This document shows positions 19,714-28,269 of a stretch of 64,000 nt of DNA, piece after piece. Made by a program: the position numbers and the translations under genes. Numbering within the stretch: position 1 is the stretch's first letter; every line of letters begins with the position of its first letter. Origin of the DNA: Fibrobacteria bacterium. GTDB lineage: Bacteria > Fibrobacterota > Fibrobacteria > UBA11236 > JADFYW01. The notes beneath the pieces are model-generated. The model was not told the origin of the DNA. It did not search any database and saw only the letters and a list, made by a program, of their open reading frames with translations. The DNA lies in contig JBNKOC010000004.1 of assembly GCA_050294405.1 (NCBI GenBank), positions 32,001 to 96,000 on the forward strand, in the 5' to 3' direction.

Positions 19714-20364
19714 CTAAAATTTAAACCCGAAAAAAATATTGGGTTCAAATAAAAAATAATTGTCCCATTTTCGTTCTTTTTCCTTAAAGTCTTTAGGCCC
19801 ATCGGTATCAATTGGCCAATAATTGCAATGAATTTGCGGTTCAATAAAAAACCTATTTTTTAAAAACGAAAAATGATACCCAATATGATAAGAAGTATAA
19901 AGTTTGAAGCCTTTTTTAATAGTTTCCTTATCTGGGTTTAAATAAAGCTTCATTAATGGCAATATTTCAATAGAAGTGAACCAATGCTCAGTCAGAAATC
20001 TTTGGTATCCAACACCCACCCCAAACTCCCGAATAAAGCCCTGGTAGCGATGGCTTTTATCTGTTAAGGAAAACTCCCAATATTGCATACCCATAGGCTG
20101 AAAAAGCCTCCAGGTCGCAGCTTTTAGCAATAAATTGTTCTTCTGGGAAAGTTTATAGGATAAATGTACCTCCGTCATATGTACATTTATATTTTCAGGG
20201 CTCCAAAATTGATCAAGCGTAAGCCAGGTTGTGCTTAGGGAGTAGTTATAAATGGACTCCTCTGACGAAGGCACCTCAGTGGAGATTTTGTGATTAGATC
20301 GGCCAAAAGCTGCAGCTAGTGGATATATAAACACAACAAAACAGGTTAAACAAAAAATTTTCAT
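19714..20364 (-). CDS. Exported protein, probable small outer-membrane beta-barrel
   Basis: Signal peptide; alternating aromatic strands (GVGYQRF, IGYHF, FFIEP); terminal FGFKF. Confidence 0.65.
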   Translation of the reverse strand: MKIFCLTCFVVFIYPLAAAFGRSNHKISTEVPSSEESIYNYSLSTTWLTLDQFWSPENINVHMTEVHLSYKLSQKNNLLLKAATWRLFQPMGMQYWEFSLTDKSHRYQGFIREFGVGVGYQRFLTEHWFTSIEILPLMKLYLNPDKETIKKGFKLYTSYHIGYHFSFLKNRFFIEPQIHCNYWPIDTDGPKDFKEKERKWDNYFLFEPNIFFGFKF

Positions 20365-20402
20365 AGAGTGACTTTTGAGTTATGAATTAAGGTTATATTT
20401 TA

Positions 20403-20445
20403 ATGATATAAAGCCCTAAATTCTTTATCATTGACTTAAGTCAAT
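20403..20445 (-). promoter_or_regulatory. FNR-type operator ATTGAC-TTAA-GTCAAT with class II promoter geometry
   Basis: Perfect 16-bp palindrome at 20430-20445 (centre 20437.5); minus-strand -10 TATCAT at 20408-20403 places it at -41.5. Confidence 0.7.
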
Positions 20446-20473
20446 AAATGGAATGCAAACAAAGGTAGCGCTC

Positions 20474-21052
20474 TTAAGTATTTTTAATGGATATCCGCTT
20501 GCGAATCCTGCTTAAGGATTCAGGACTCATCCCCAAATAGCTGGCAATTTGGTGCTGGGGCACTCGTTGGAGCAAGTCCGGTCGATGGCAACTCAAATTC
20601 AAATAACGTTGCTCGGGGCTAGCTAATTTATATTCTGCAAAGGCATCTTTATAGTTAGAAATTAGTTCACTGTTAATTTGTTGAGATAAGTGGACCAGTT
20701 GAGGGAACTTTTCAAACATTTCAGATTCTAATTTTGGGGTGCCTACGCAGGCTATTGTATCTTCCACACACACCAGACTTAGTGTTGATTTTTCATTTTT
20801 ACCATAACAGGATAGTGATACAGATTGCTTTTCGGTATATATTTCAACAGTTTTTTCTTTAGCATCTCTTATACAAAATGACCGTATACATCCTTTAAGG
20901 ATAAAAAAGCATTCATTGGAAAGTTCTCCCTCTTTAAGCAAAACTTGTCCCTTTTTATACAGTTTTATAAAATCACTTTCAATTAACGCTTTTTTTAAGT
21001 CCTCGCTGATTTCCCCATACTTGGAGATATAATCAAATAATATTTTTTCCAT
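20474..21052 (-). CDS. Crp/Fnr-family transcriptional regulator
   Basis: cNMP-binding fold (LLKEGE..FFILKGCIR) plus the HTH QHQIASYLGMSPESLSRIR. Confidence 0.92.
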   Translation of the reverse strand: MEKILFDYISKYGEISEDLKKALIESDFIKLYKKGQVLLKEGELSNECFFILKGCIRSFCIRDAKEKTVEIYTEKQSVSLSCYGKNEKSTLSLVCVEDTIACVGTPKLESEMFEKFPQLVHLSQQINSELISNYKDAFAEYKLASPEQRYLNLSCHRPDLLQRVPQHQIASYLGMSPESLSRIRKRISIKNT

Positions 21053-21196
21053 TTTTACTCACGATTCGTGCCAATTATTTTCCATTTCCAGCTCAATACC
21101 ATCCCGAATAAGTATATACATCAAATCTGAGTTTTTCAAAATTCAGGCGAGATTGTATTCAAATGGCCATGTAGGCATTTAAAAAATTGATTTTTT

Positions 21197-22018
21197 TTAC
21201 ATCCCTTCCAGTAAATTAACATCATCCAGAAGTTCCTGGTCATTTTCCAGTTTTTCCAGGGTATTTTCATCCAAGCTGCGATTGTCTTCTTTCTTTTTCT
21301 TTTTAGGAAAGGTATAGATTTTTGGTTTAATAGGAATTTTCCTTTGTATGGCAGGTTTTGCTGTATCCGGGGGAGCCACCTCTTTTTTCTCAAACATATC
21401 CGGATCGTAGAGTTTTTTAGCTTCCTCTTTTTCCACTTTAACACTGGCCAAGCTAGCCACAATTCTGTTTTTGGTTTCCACAGCCAGTTTTTCCATTAAC
21501 TTTACCAGGCTTGCGTCGCGAATTATGGGATCAATAGTTCCCACTGTGGGTTCAGGACCCAGGTAGATGTTTTCCACTTCTTCGCTGGCTTCAATAAGTC
21601 CCGAAAATTTCATTTCTCCGTTTTTGCCATCTATGACTTTTAGCCACATAGAGTGCTTAAAAGTGGCATTTCCCTTAGATGGATTAAACCACTTCCTGGA
21701 AACCTCAAGTTCCATGCGCTTTAAAACTCCAAAGGATAAAATCCGGGTTTTTAAATCTTTTGCAGTTTTTACAGAGGGTTTGGTGCCTATTTCAGGCCCA
21801 TGGAGGGTTCCCTTTTCCAAAAAAAGCTGAATTTGGGATGAAGGCACCAATTTATAACGAGATTGGCTTCGCAATTCCCGGTAAATTAGACGCTCTAACT
21901 CATTTTTTACCAGGGGTTCTTCCGTATCTTTTATTCCCAAAAAAGCCATGGGGATTTTACCCGATGCATAAGAGGAAGATAAAAAAACCGTAAAAATGGC
22001 TATAAATGCAGTTCTCAC
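21197..22018 (-). CDS. Exported hypothetical protein (alpha/beta core, charged tail)
   Basis: Signal peptide; 273-aa ORF; core loosely resembles CsgG/TolB-N-like folds (unverified). Confidence 0.6.
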   Translation of the reverse strand: MRTAFIAIFTVFLSSSYASGKIPMAFLGIKDTEEPLVKNELERLIYRELRSQSRYKLVPSSQIQLFLEKGTLHGPEIGTKPSVKTAKDLKTRILSFGVLKRMELEVSRKWFNPSKGNATFKHSMWLKVIDGKNGEMKFSGLIEASEEVENIYLGPEPTVGTIDPIIRDASLVKLMEKLAVETKNRIVASLASVKVEKEEAKKLYDPDMFEKKEVAPPDTAKPAIQRKIPIKPKIYTFPKKKKKEDNRSLDENTLEKLENDQELLDDVNLLEGM

Positions 22019-22070
22019 CTTCCTGATATCGGAACTATTGCCAAAAATCTAAAAGGATTAATGGAAAAAT

Positions 22071-22574
22071 TTAAAAGCGAAGCTGGGCTATCAGGCCCGG
22101 AGACTTGTAATTAGGTACAAGCTTAAGCTTAAGCTCCCATTTAGAAGTGGGACCCACATTGATTTCGTGGTTGTATTTTTTTACCGCATCCGTCATGTGC
22201 ATATTGGAAACCTTAAAAAGACCAGCTCCAATGGCTACCAAACCAACTCCTCCTAAAAACATGGGCAGGGGAAAATTTTCTCCCAAAGCGGCATTTGCAA
22301 CGGGGATCACCATAACCAGAGTCCCGGCTCCAGTGGCTATCCAGGCTGGAAAATAATAGGCCCGGGCCTTGGCAATGGGCTGCTCGGAAGATTGATAGGA
22401 GCTTAGATTGCCGAAAAGACTCATCACTTTAATTTTTTTGCCCTTTTGAAAAAAGCTGTTTCCCCAAAACCTGGGTTGGATTTCCACCGATTGATCGGGC
22501 TTTAAAGGATATCTTTCAGCAAAACTTAGGGACATAAAAAAAATGGCCATAGCACAAATAAACAGCTTCATCAA
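22071..22574 (-). CDS. Hypothetical exported/membrane protein with a Gly-rich hydrophobic hairpin
   Basis: Strong GGAGG RBS; signal peptide; two hydrophobic helices; ends with Phe. Confidence 0.65.
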   Translation of the reverse strand: MMKLFICAMAIFFMSLSFAERYPLKPDQSVEIQPRFWGNSFFQKGKKIKVMSLFGNLSSYQSSEQPIAKARAYYFPAWIATGAGTLVMVIPVANAALGENFPLPMFLGGVGLVAIGAGLFKVSNMHMTDAVKKYNHEINVGPTSKWELKLKLVPNYKSPGLIAQLRF

Positions 22575-22642
22575 ACCTCCTATGAATGGAGAAAAAAATA
22601 AGAAAATTATTTAGAACCCATCTGAAAATAAATTTTGTCCAG

Positions 22643-22685
22643 TGTGATTTAGATCACAGACAAAAAAAATGAATTGGGCTAAAAT
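22643..22685 (+). promoter_or_regulatory. Consensus CRP box plus -10 element (class II CRP-type promoter)
   Basis: TGTGA-TTTAGA-TCACA at 22643-22658 (centre 22650.5); -10 TAAAAT at 22680-22685 predicts TSS ~22692, placing the box at -41.5. Confidence 0.72.
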
Positions 22686-22691
22686 TTATAT

Positions 22692-22842
22692 CAAGCAATT
22701 CGCGCAACCGAATACAGTGCAACGGCCTAATTGAAGCACCCTCCGGGGGCCTTTTAGGCCAATGCAGTGGGTTTGGGGGCCTGGGAATAATTCGGCCAAA
22801 CCTACCCTCCCCGGCTGGTTATTCCCGGGCGATTTTTTTTTT
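22692..22842 (+). ncRNA. Candidate ~150-nt structured small RNA (sibling 1)
   Basis: GC-rich intergenic region with promoter; hairpin 22718-22766 capped by a C(UCCG)G tetraloop; 18-bp stem 22779-22830 with G-U pairs valid only on +; C-rich loop; U10 tail. Confidence 0.65.
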
Positions 22843-23661
22843 CAGAAAAAAAGCAAAACCGACTCCCGTGGCCATCATGCCCAAACATAGCATTTGCCCC
22901 ATGGAAAATTTTAAAAACACAAAACCGAGGTGAGAGTCCGGTTGGCGAAAATACTCAATAAAAAAGCGTACAAAACCATAGCTAATAAGGTAAAAGGGAG
23001 CCATCATGCCTGGAGTTTTTATTTTTTTTCTAAAAATCCACATTAGCGTAAAACAGGCGATTCCCTCAAAAAAGGCTTCGTAAAGTTGGGAAGGGTGCCG
23101 CAATTCATGGGTTGGAGCGGAGGGAAAATACATGCCAATAGACGATTCCGTAACCCTGCCGTATAATTCTCCATTGATAAAGTTACCAAGGCGCCCGAAT
23201 GTGTAGCCCAGTGGAATAATTGGGCCGTATAAATCCACCATTTCCCAATAAGAAATTTTGCGTTTTCGACAAAAAATCCCAACGGCTACCATTACACCTA
23301 TAAGGCCTCCGTGATAAGACATACCTGATATTCCCGTAAACTGTCCGGTACTAATATCAATGGGCAAAATAATTTCTAAAGGGTGGTTTAAATAATAACT
23401 GAAGTTATAGAACAATACATAGCCCAGCCTTCCTCCCGCCAAAACGCCAATAAAGGCCGCAGTCATAATATCTTTGTGAAAATCGGAATTAAAGGGAAAG
23501 CGGGGTTCGTGCTTTGTCCTATAGTTAGCCAAAAGATATGTGGTCACAAAGGCCAAAATATACATTAGGCCGTAATATTGAAGCTTAAAACTCCCAATGC
23601 TGAAAATAATGGGATCCATGTGCTGTGGCAGATTTTGCCACCAATGTGTAAAACTTGTCAT
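22819..23661 (-). CDS. lgt: Prolipoprotein diacylglyceryl transferase
   Basis: YYGLMY, GGRLGYVLFY, GMSYHGG, GRLGNFINGELYGR, HPSQLYE and RFFIEYFR motifs. Confidence 0.97.
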   Translation of the reverse strand: MTSFTHWWQNLPQHMDPIIFSIGSFKLQYYGLMYILAFVTTYLLANYRTKHEPRFPFNSDFHKDIMTAAFIGVLAGGRLGYVLFYNFSYYLNHPLEIILPIDISTGQFTGISGMSYHGGLIGVMVAVGIFCRKRKISYWEMVDLYGPIIPLGYTFGRLGNFINGELYGRVTESSIGMYFPSAPTHELRHPSQLYEAFFEGIACFTLMWIFRKKIKTPGMMAPFYLISYGFVRFFIEYFRQPDSHLGFVFLKFSMGQMLCLGMMATGVGFAFFLKKKIARE

Positions 23662-23842
23662 GTTGAAAAATTACAAAAAACCCAACTCTTAACTGAGCTG
23701 ATTCTTTTCTTTTTTACCGGCATCCCATTAAAGCTACAGCTTTTTATCGGTACTTTAAGAGAATTTTGGCATTTTCCCGTTAATTTAAGCATATTGATCC
23801 ATTATTTAGCTGTAGCTGTTTTTTAACCTAGAGAATAACAAC

Positions 23843-25168
23843 ATGAATGGATTAATGGACCCCAAAGAATGCGCCATTGTAATTTTTGGAGCCTCTGGAG
23901 ACCTTGCCAAACGAAAGTTAATACCCGCTTTAAGCATTCTTTTCGACAAAGGCATTATTGATAAAAGCAACATAGTCGTAGGTTCGGGTCGAACCGATTT
24001 TAGTGACGAAGCCTTTCGGGAAAGATTCCAATGCAGCGATGATTTTTCCAATATTTTATTTTACCACCAGAATATTCCAGGGCTAAAGAAGTACATCGAA
24101 AGTAAGGGCCAGTTTAAAAGAGTGGTTTTTTTCTTTTCCCTACCTCCGGGTGCCTATGCCAAAACAGCTAAGGCTGTTATCGATGAGGGTTTTGGCCAGG
24201 AATCTTCCATTATTATCGAAAAACCCTTTGGCACCGATTACGAAACCGCGCATAAACTGGATTGCGAGCTTCATAAATATTTTGATGAATCCCGCATTTA
24301 CAGAATCGATCATTACCTGGCGAAAGAAGCTGTGCAAAACATATTGGTATTTCGTTTTGCCAATTCTTTATTCGAACCTCTGTGGAGCAACCATTACATT
24401 GAGTCCATTGAAATCAATTCTTTTGAAACTCTGGGGCTGGAGGGGCGGGCCGCTTACTTTGACAGCTCGGGCATCATAAGAGATATGATGCAAAACCATT
24501 TAATGCAACTTCTGTGCTTACTAACCATGGAGCCACCGGTAAGCCTTAATGCGGAAGATATCCGCTCTCAAAAAATCGCCATTCTTAAAAATATGCGCAT
24601 TGAAAAGAGCGCACGGCATCAATACGAAGGCTATTCCAGTGAACCGGGCGTGCAGGAAAACTCCAATACCGAAACTTTTTCGGAAATTCAATTTTCCATA
24701 AACAATTTTCGCTGGATGGGCACTCCCATATACATGAGAGCCGGAAAAGCCATAAACCGTAAATCCACCGAAATCGGAATAAAGTTTCGGCCTATGCCCA
24801 AGATTTTATTTAACGAAAAAGCCGGCCTTTCCCCCAATAAAATTGTTTTTAAAATTCAGCCCCAGGAATCCATTATTCTGGATCTTAGCAGCAAAGTTCC
24901 CGGAACAGACAGGGACATCCGTTCCACTAACATGAAGTTCTTTTATAAAGAAGCCTTTCATGAAGAAATCCCCGAAGCCTACCAAAAGCTTTTGATGGAT
25001 GGACTAAGAGGCGACCAAACTTTGTTTGTCAGCGCCGAAGAAACAGAGCTTTCCTGGAAGCTATTTGATCCTTATTTGGACAAAGGCGAAGTTTATCTTT
25101 ATAGAAAAGGCAAGGTGCCCATTTCAAAAATCAAAGAGGACTGGATAGATTTCGAAAAATACTCTTAG
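23843..25168 (+). CDS. zwf: Glucose-6-phosphate 1-dehydrogenase
   Basis: GASGDLA, IEKPFG, RIDHYLAKE and RDMMQNH motifs. Confidence 0.95.
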   Translation: MNGLMDPKECAIVIFGASGDLAKRKLIPALSILFDKGIIDKSNIVVGSGRTDFSDEAFRERFQCSDDFSNILFYHQNIPGLKKYIESKGQFKRVVFFFSLPPGAYAKTAKAVIDEGFGQESSIIIEKPFGTDYETAHKLDCELHKYFDESRIYRIDHYLAKEAVQNILVFRFANSLFEPLWSNHYIESIEINSFETLGLEGRAAYFDSSGIIRDMMQNHLMQLLCLLTMEPPVSLNAEDIRSQKIAILKNMRIEKSARHQYEGYSSEPGVQENSNTETFSEIQFSINNFRWMGTPIYMRAGKAINRKSTEIGIKFRPMPKILFNEKAGLSPNKIVFKIQPQESIILDLSSKVPGTDRDIRSTNMKFFYKEAFHEEIPEAYQKLLMDGLRGDQTLFVSAEETELSWKLFDPYLDKGEVYLYRKGKVPISKIKEDWIDFEKYS

Positions 25169-25171
25169 CAG

Positions 25172-26059
25172 TTATTCCAAATTCATCGACTGCTCACGCA
25201 TTTTTTCGATTTCTTCTTTCATATCCACACACAAATGCTGGATACCTGAATGCTGGCATTTGGAGCTCATGGTATTTACTTCCCGCAGCATTTCCTGAAG
25301 GACAAAACCCAGTTTTTTACCCGGAGTTCCTCCCCGATTCAAAGTTTCCTGGAACAATTTCAAGTGGGCCTCGAAGCGAACAAGCTCTTCGGAGATGTCC
25401 AATTTTTCACCTAACATTCCAGCCTCAATTAAAATTCTTTCTTCGGCTATGGAGCTTTGCTGACAAAGTTCCGAAATCCGGCTGCGGTATTTTTCCCTCA
25501 AATCTTCTATTCTTCCTGGCAGGTAATTTTGAACTTCCGAGAGCCAGGTTCCAAACAAACCTAATCTGTTTTGCAAATCGCCAATTAATTTTTGCCCTTC
25601 TTCTTCCCGGGATTTTTGCAAAGATTCACAGGCTTTGGAAAAAACAGGCAATACTTGATTTTTAATATTTTCCAATAATTTGGGGTCACTTTGGTAAACC
25701 AGCAAATCGGGGATTTTTAGCAAACCGCCTAAATCGATTCTCGAAGCTTCCCCCAGTTGGTTTTTAAGTTCTCCCAGAGCCATCTTATATTGCTTGAACA
25801 GAGATTCATTTATACTTAGCATGTTATTGGATTCGCTTTTGTTTTCATAAATCACAAAACAACTCACAGAACCCCTGGTTATCCACTTGCTCAGCTCTTC
25901 GCGAAACAAAGGCTCTAAAGAAGATAACATTCGGGGCAGCTTAAACTGGGTTTCCAAATAGCGGTTGTTCACAGTTTTTATTTCTATTTCCGCTGTAAAT
26001 TCTTCGTTAGATATTTCCGCCTTTGCAAAGCCAGTCATACTTTGAATTTTATTTTTCAT
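25172..26059 (-). CDS. yicC: YicC/YloC-family endoribonuclease
   Basis: SMTGFA, EIKTVNNRYLE, DISEELVR, GKKL.F..QEM.REVNT..SK and REQ..NLE motifs. Confidence 0.93.
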   Translation of the reverse strand: MKNKIQSMTGFAKAEISNEEFTAEIEIKTVNNRYLETQFKLPRMLSSLEPLFREELSKWITRGSVSCFVIYENKSESNNMLSINESLFKQYKMALGELKNQLGEASRIDLGGLLKIPDLLVYQSDPKLLENIKNQVLPVFSKACESLQKSREEEGQKLIGDLQNRLGLFGTWLSEVQNYLPGRIEDLREKYRSRISELCQQSSIAEERILIEAGMLGEKLDISEELVRFEAHLKLFQETLNRGGTPGKKLGFVLQEMLREVNTMSSKCQHSGIQHLCVDMKEEIEKMREQSMNLE

Positions 26060-26111
26060 AAAAACTTTCTTTTAATATCAGTGGGGGTTTTTGCTGAAGC
26101 AGTTTTGTTAG

Positions 26112-26186
26112 TGGAGGCGACAAGCGGATTCGAACCGCTGAATAAAGCTTTTGCAGAGCTCTCCCTTACCACTTGGGTATGTCGCC
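26112..26186 (-). tRNA. tRNA-Cys(GCA)
   Basis: Reverse complement GGCGACA...GAGCT-CT GCA AA-AGCTT...GGTTCGAATCC...TGTCGCC-T-CCA. Confidence 0.97.
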
Positions 26187-26220
26187 AACAAGGGCAATTT
26201 TAGAAAAAATTTTAAATAGT

Positions 26221-26727
26221 TCAATTGCCAGAAAGAGGATTTGGCCAATTTTGGAGGGATTGGGAAAATTGGGCTAAATCTTCCTGGGTACACATAAATT
26301 TTAAACTGATTATAGAGTCACCATGTCCCCCCGAAAGTTTATCGGGATTCATGGTAAACAGGTCGATAGACGCCTCCACCTCGTAAAAATCACCATTGGC
26401 TTTAAGGGAAATTTTAAAATCCTTATTCCCCGCCTCGTATTCCCAAGCACCGTTTTTCTCATTGCCGATTTTAACCAGAAAGTTCTGCAACTCCACAATT
26501 TCATCCTTATTAATATCCGAAACCACGGATCCCTGGTTAGAAGAGTAAATTTCCTTAAAGCTCCCTAAACCGGAATTCAGCATGGAAAGGCTGCAATAGT
26601 AGGTAATCCAATTGTCAGAACTTTTCGGTCCAAGAAAAATTGAAAACTTCAAATCCCCACAGTCGTTTTTTAATGAAAATTCATGAAGTTTTTGTGTGTC
26701 TATTTGGGCTGATTTTTTAATTTTCAT
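26221..26727 (-). CDS. Hypothetical protein, WapI-like immunity-protein pattern
   Basis: 168-aa soluble protein; pattern DNW...EL.NFL..I...E....DF.I.L...EV...ID...F.CT.EDL..F...L recalls the WapI family (by eye only). Confidence 0.45.
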   Translation of the reverse strand: MKIKKSAQIDTQKLHEFSLKNDCGDLKFSIFLGPKSSDNWITYYCSLSMLNSGLGSFKEIYSSNQGSVVSDINKDEIVELQNFLVKIGNEKNGAWEYEAGNKDFKISLKANGDFYEVEASIDLFTMNPDKLSGGHGDSIISLKFMCTQEDLAQFSQSLQNWPNPLSGN

Positions 26728-26836
26728 AAGTAATTATGAATTTGAGTGTTTCTAACGAATCTTCTTCATATTACTACATTTACAGCTTTGACGCTACATA
26801 ATTGGGGTTCGAACCCTTTTGATGGGAAATTTTACA

Positions 26837-28255
26837 ATGAATAGTTCAAATTATCACGATGAATTGGAAAAAAATAAAAAGAGAAACCTAATTGTGGTGG
26901 GAGTTGTAGGGGCTTTGGCCCTTGCTGCTGTGCTGGTAGGAGTAAGTACCCTCATTAACAAATCTAGGGAACCCAAACCATTTATCACTGAAGAAGAACC
27001 TGTTACTCCGGAGGTTTCAGAAAACACAGGGCCAACAGAGGCGGAATTAGCTGCGCAAAAGGCTAAGGAAGAAGAAGCCAGAGCTGAGGCAGAGGCCAAA
27101 GCAAAGGCCGAAGCGCAAGCTAAAGCGAAAGCCGAAGCAGCTGCCAAAGCCAGGGCAGAAGCAGATGCTAAAGCTAGAGCCGAGGCAAAGGCTAAAGAAA
27201 ACAGTGCTGCCGCCAAGGAAGCCAAAGCGAAAAAAGAAGCCGCAGCTAAGGCTGCTGCAGAAGCGAAAGCTAAAAAAGCTGCCGAAGATAAGGCCCAAGC
27301 CGAAGCGGCTGCTAAAGCAAAGGCTGAGGCCCAAACTAAGGCTAAAGCCGCTGAAGAAGCCAAAGCGAAAAAGTTAGCTGAGGAAAAAGCTAAAAAAGAA
27401 GCCGCAGCCAAGGCAGCGGAAGAAGCCAAGGCTAAAAAAGCTGCAGAAGAAAAAGCCAAAGCTGAAGCTGCCGCTAAAGCCAAATTAGAGGCAGAGGCTA
27501 AAGCAAAGGCCGAGGCAGAAGCCAAGGCTAAAGCAGAGGCAGAGGCTAAAGCGAAAGCCGAAAAAGAAGCTGCGGCACAAAAGGCCTTTCAGGCAGAAGA
27601 TTTAAAAGAACCCGATAAAGTAGAAGTCAGCCAGGATGCCAAGTTAGCGATGGTGGATAAAGTTGAGCCTTCTATCGAAGGAGAAAACCTGGCTTCCAGC
27701 ACATCTGATTTTCAATTGGGAATGAATGCCTACCAAGGCGGAAATTTTAAAAATGCAGTTACAGCCTTTAATAAAGTACCTGTACCATCCACAAAACAGC
27801 GTGGAGCTAAAGATAGAGAGGAATATGTAAATGCTAATTTTTTTAAGGGCTTATCCTTACAAAAACTGGGCTCTTTAAAAGAAGCGGTTTCGGCTTATCA
27901 AAATGTTTTGAAATATGAAAAGTATTTTCCCGTATGCCAAATGAACCTGGGCATATGTTATGTAGAACTTCGGCAATTTGGCAAAGCTGACAAGGCCTTT
28001 AAAAATGTAGTTAGGGATCATACCAGGATTCCTCCTGCCCAGTATGACGATGTAATGCAACGCACAAGATATTTTTGGGCCATTGCCTGGACACGTCTCT
28101 ATAAAGCAGCTACAAATCCAGATAAAAAAGCTTATTTTAAAAATCAGGCGACTTTGCGCTGGAACGATTATCAAGCCTGGTATGGTTCCAATAGTAAATA
28201 TGCCAAAGCAAATGAACAGGCAAAAAATTACATTAACAGTTTGAACGGGCGTTAA
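26837..28255 (+). CDS. Membrane-anchored protein with TolA-like Ala/Lys/Glu helical stalk and C-terminal TPR domain
   Basis: Single N-terminal TM; ~190 aa of AKAKAEAE-type repeats; TPR motifs (FFKGLSL..LG...EAV.AY, NLGICY..L..F..A...F). Confidence 0.8.
   Translation: MNSSNYHDELEKNKKRNLIVVGVVGALALAAVLVGVSTLINKSREPKPFITEEEPVTPEVSENTGPTEAELAAQKAKEEEARAEAEAKAKAEAQAKAKAEAAAKARAEADAKARAEAKAKENSAAAKEAKAKKEAAAKAAAEAKAKKAAEDKAQAEAAAKAKAEAQTKAKAAEEAKAKKLAEEKAKKEAAAKAAEEAKAKKAAEEKAKAEAAAKAKLEAEAKAKAEAEAKAKAEAEAKAKAEKEAAAQKAFQAEDLKEPDKVEVSQDAKLAMVDKVEPSIEGENLASSTSDFQLGMNAYQGGNFKNAVTAFNKVPVPSTKQRGAKDREEYVNANFFKGLSLQKLGSLKEAVSAYQNVLKYEKYFPVCQMNLGICYVELRQFGKADKAFKNVVRDHTRIPPAQYDDVMQRTRYFWAIAWTRLYKAATNPDKKAYFKNQATLRWNDYQAWYGSNSKYAKANEQAKNYINSLNGR
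27040..27590 (+). repeat. Intragenic degenerate tandem repeats encoding AKAKAE(A/E)E units
   Basis: Repeated GCNAARGCNAARGCNGAR codon blocks. Confidence 0.85.
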
Positions 28256-28269
28256 GGATAGGGGTTTTT

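Noticed and set aside
21057..21075. TGGCACG sigma54-like motif upstream of the Crp/Fnr gene
   Set aside because: The -12 position reads GA rather than GC, and the implied TSS would fall inside the coding sequence.
22692..22842. Identification as 6S, SRP RNA, RNase P, tmRNA or a riboswitch
   Set aside because: No SRP helix-8 motif, no end-to-end rod with central bubble, too short for rnpB/ssrA, and no downstream + strand gene for a riboswitch. An Rfam search is still needed.
26804..26817. GGGTTCGAACCC palindrome resembling a tRNA T-arm or att remnant
   Set aside because: No other tRNA arms, no match to the T-arms of the two tRNAs here, and no integrase. It may be an operator, but nothing supports that.
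26854..27525. 223-aa Ala/Ser/Leu-rich minus-strand ORF
   Set aside because: Antisense shadow of the AKAKAE repeat region of the TolA-like gene.
27040..27590. Repeats as a possible CRISPR array or VNTR
   Set aside because: Synonymously diverged in-frame coding repeats with no constant repeat/unique spacer pattern; no cas genes in the window.
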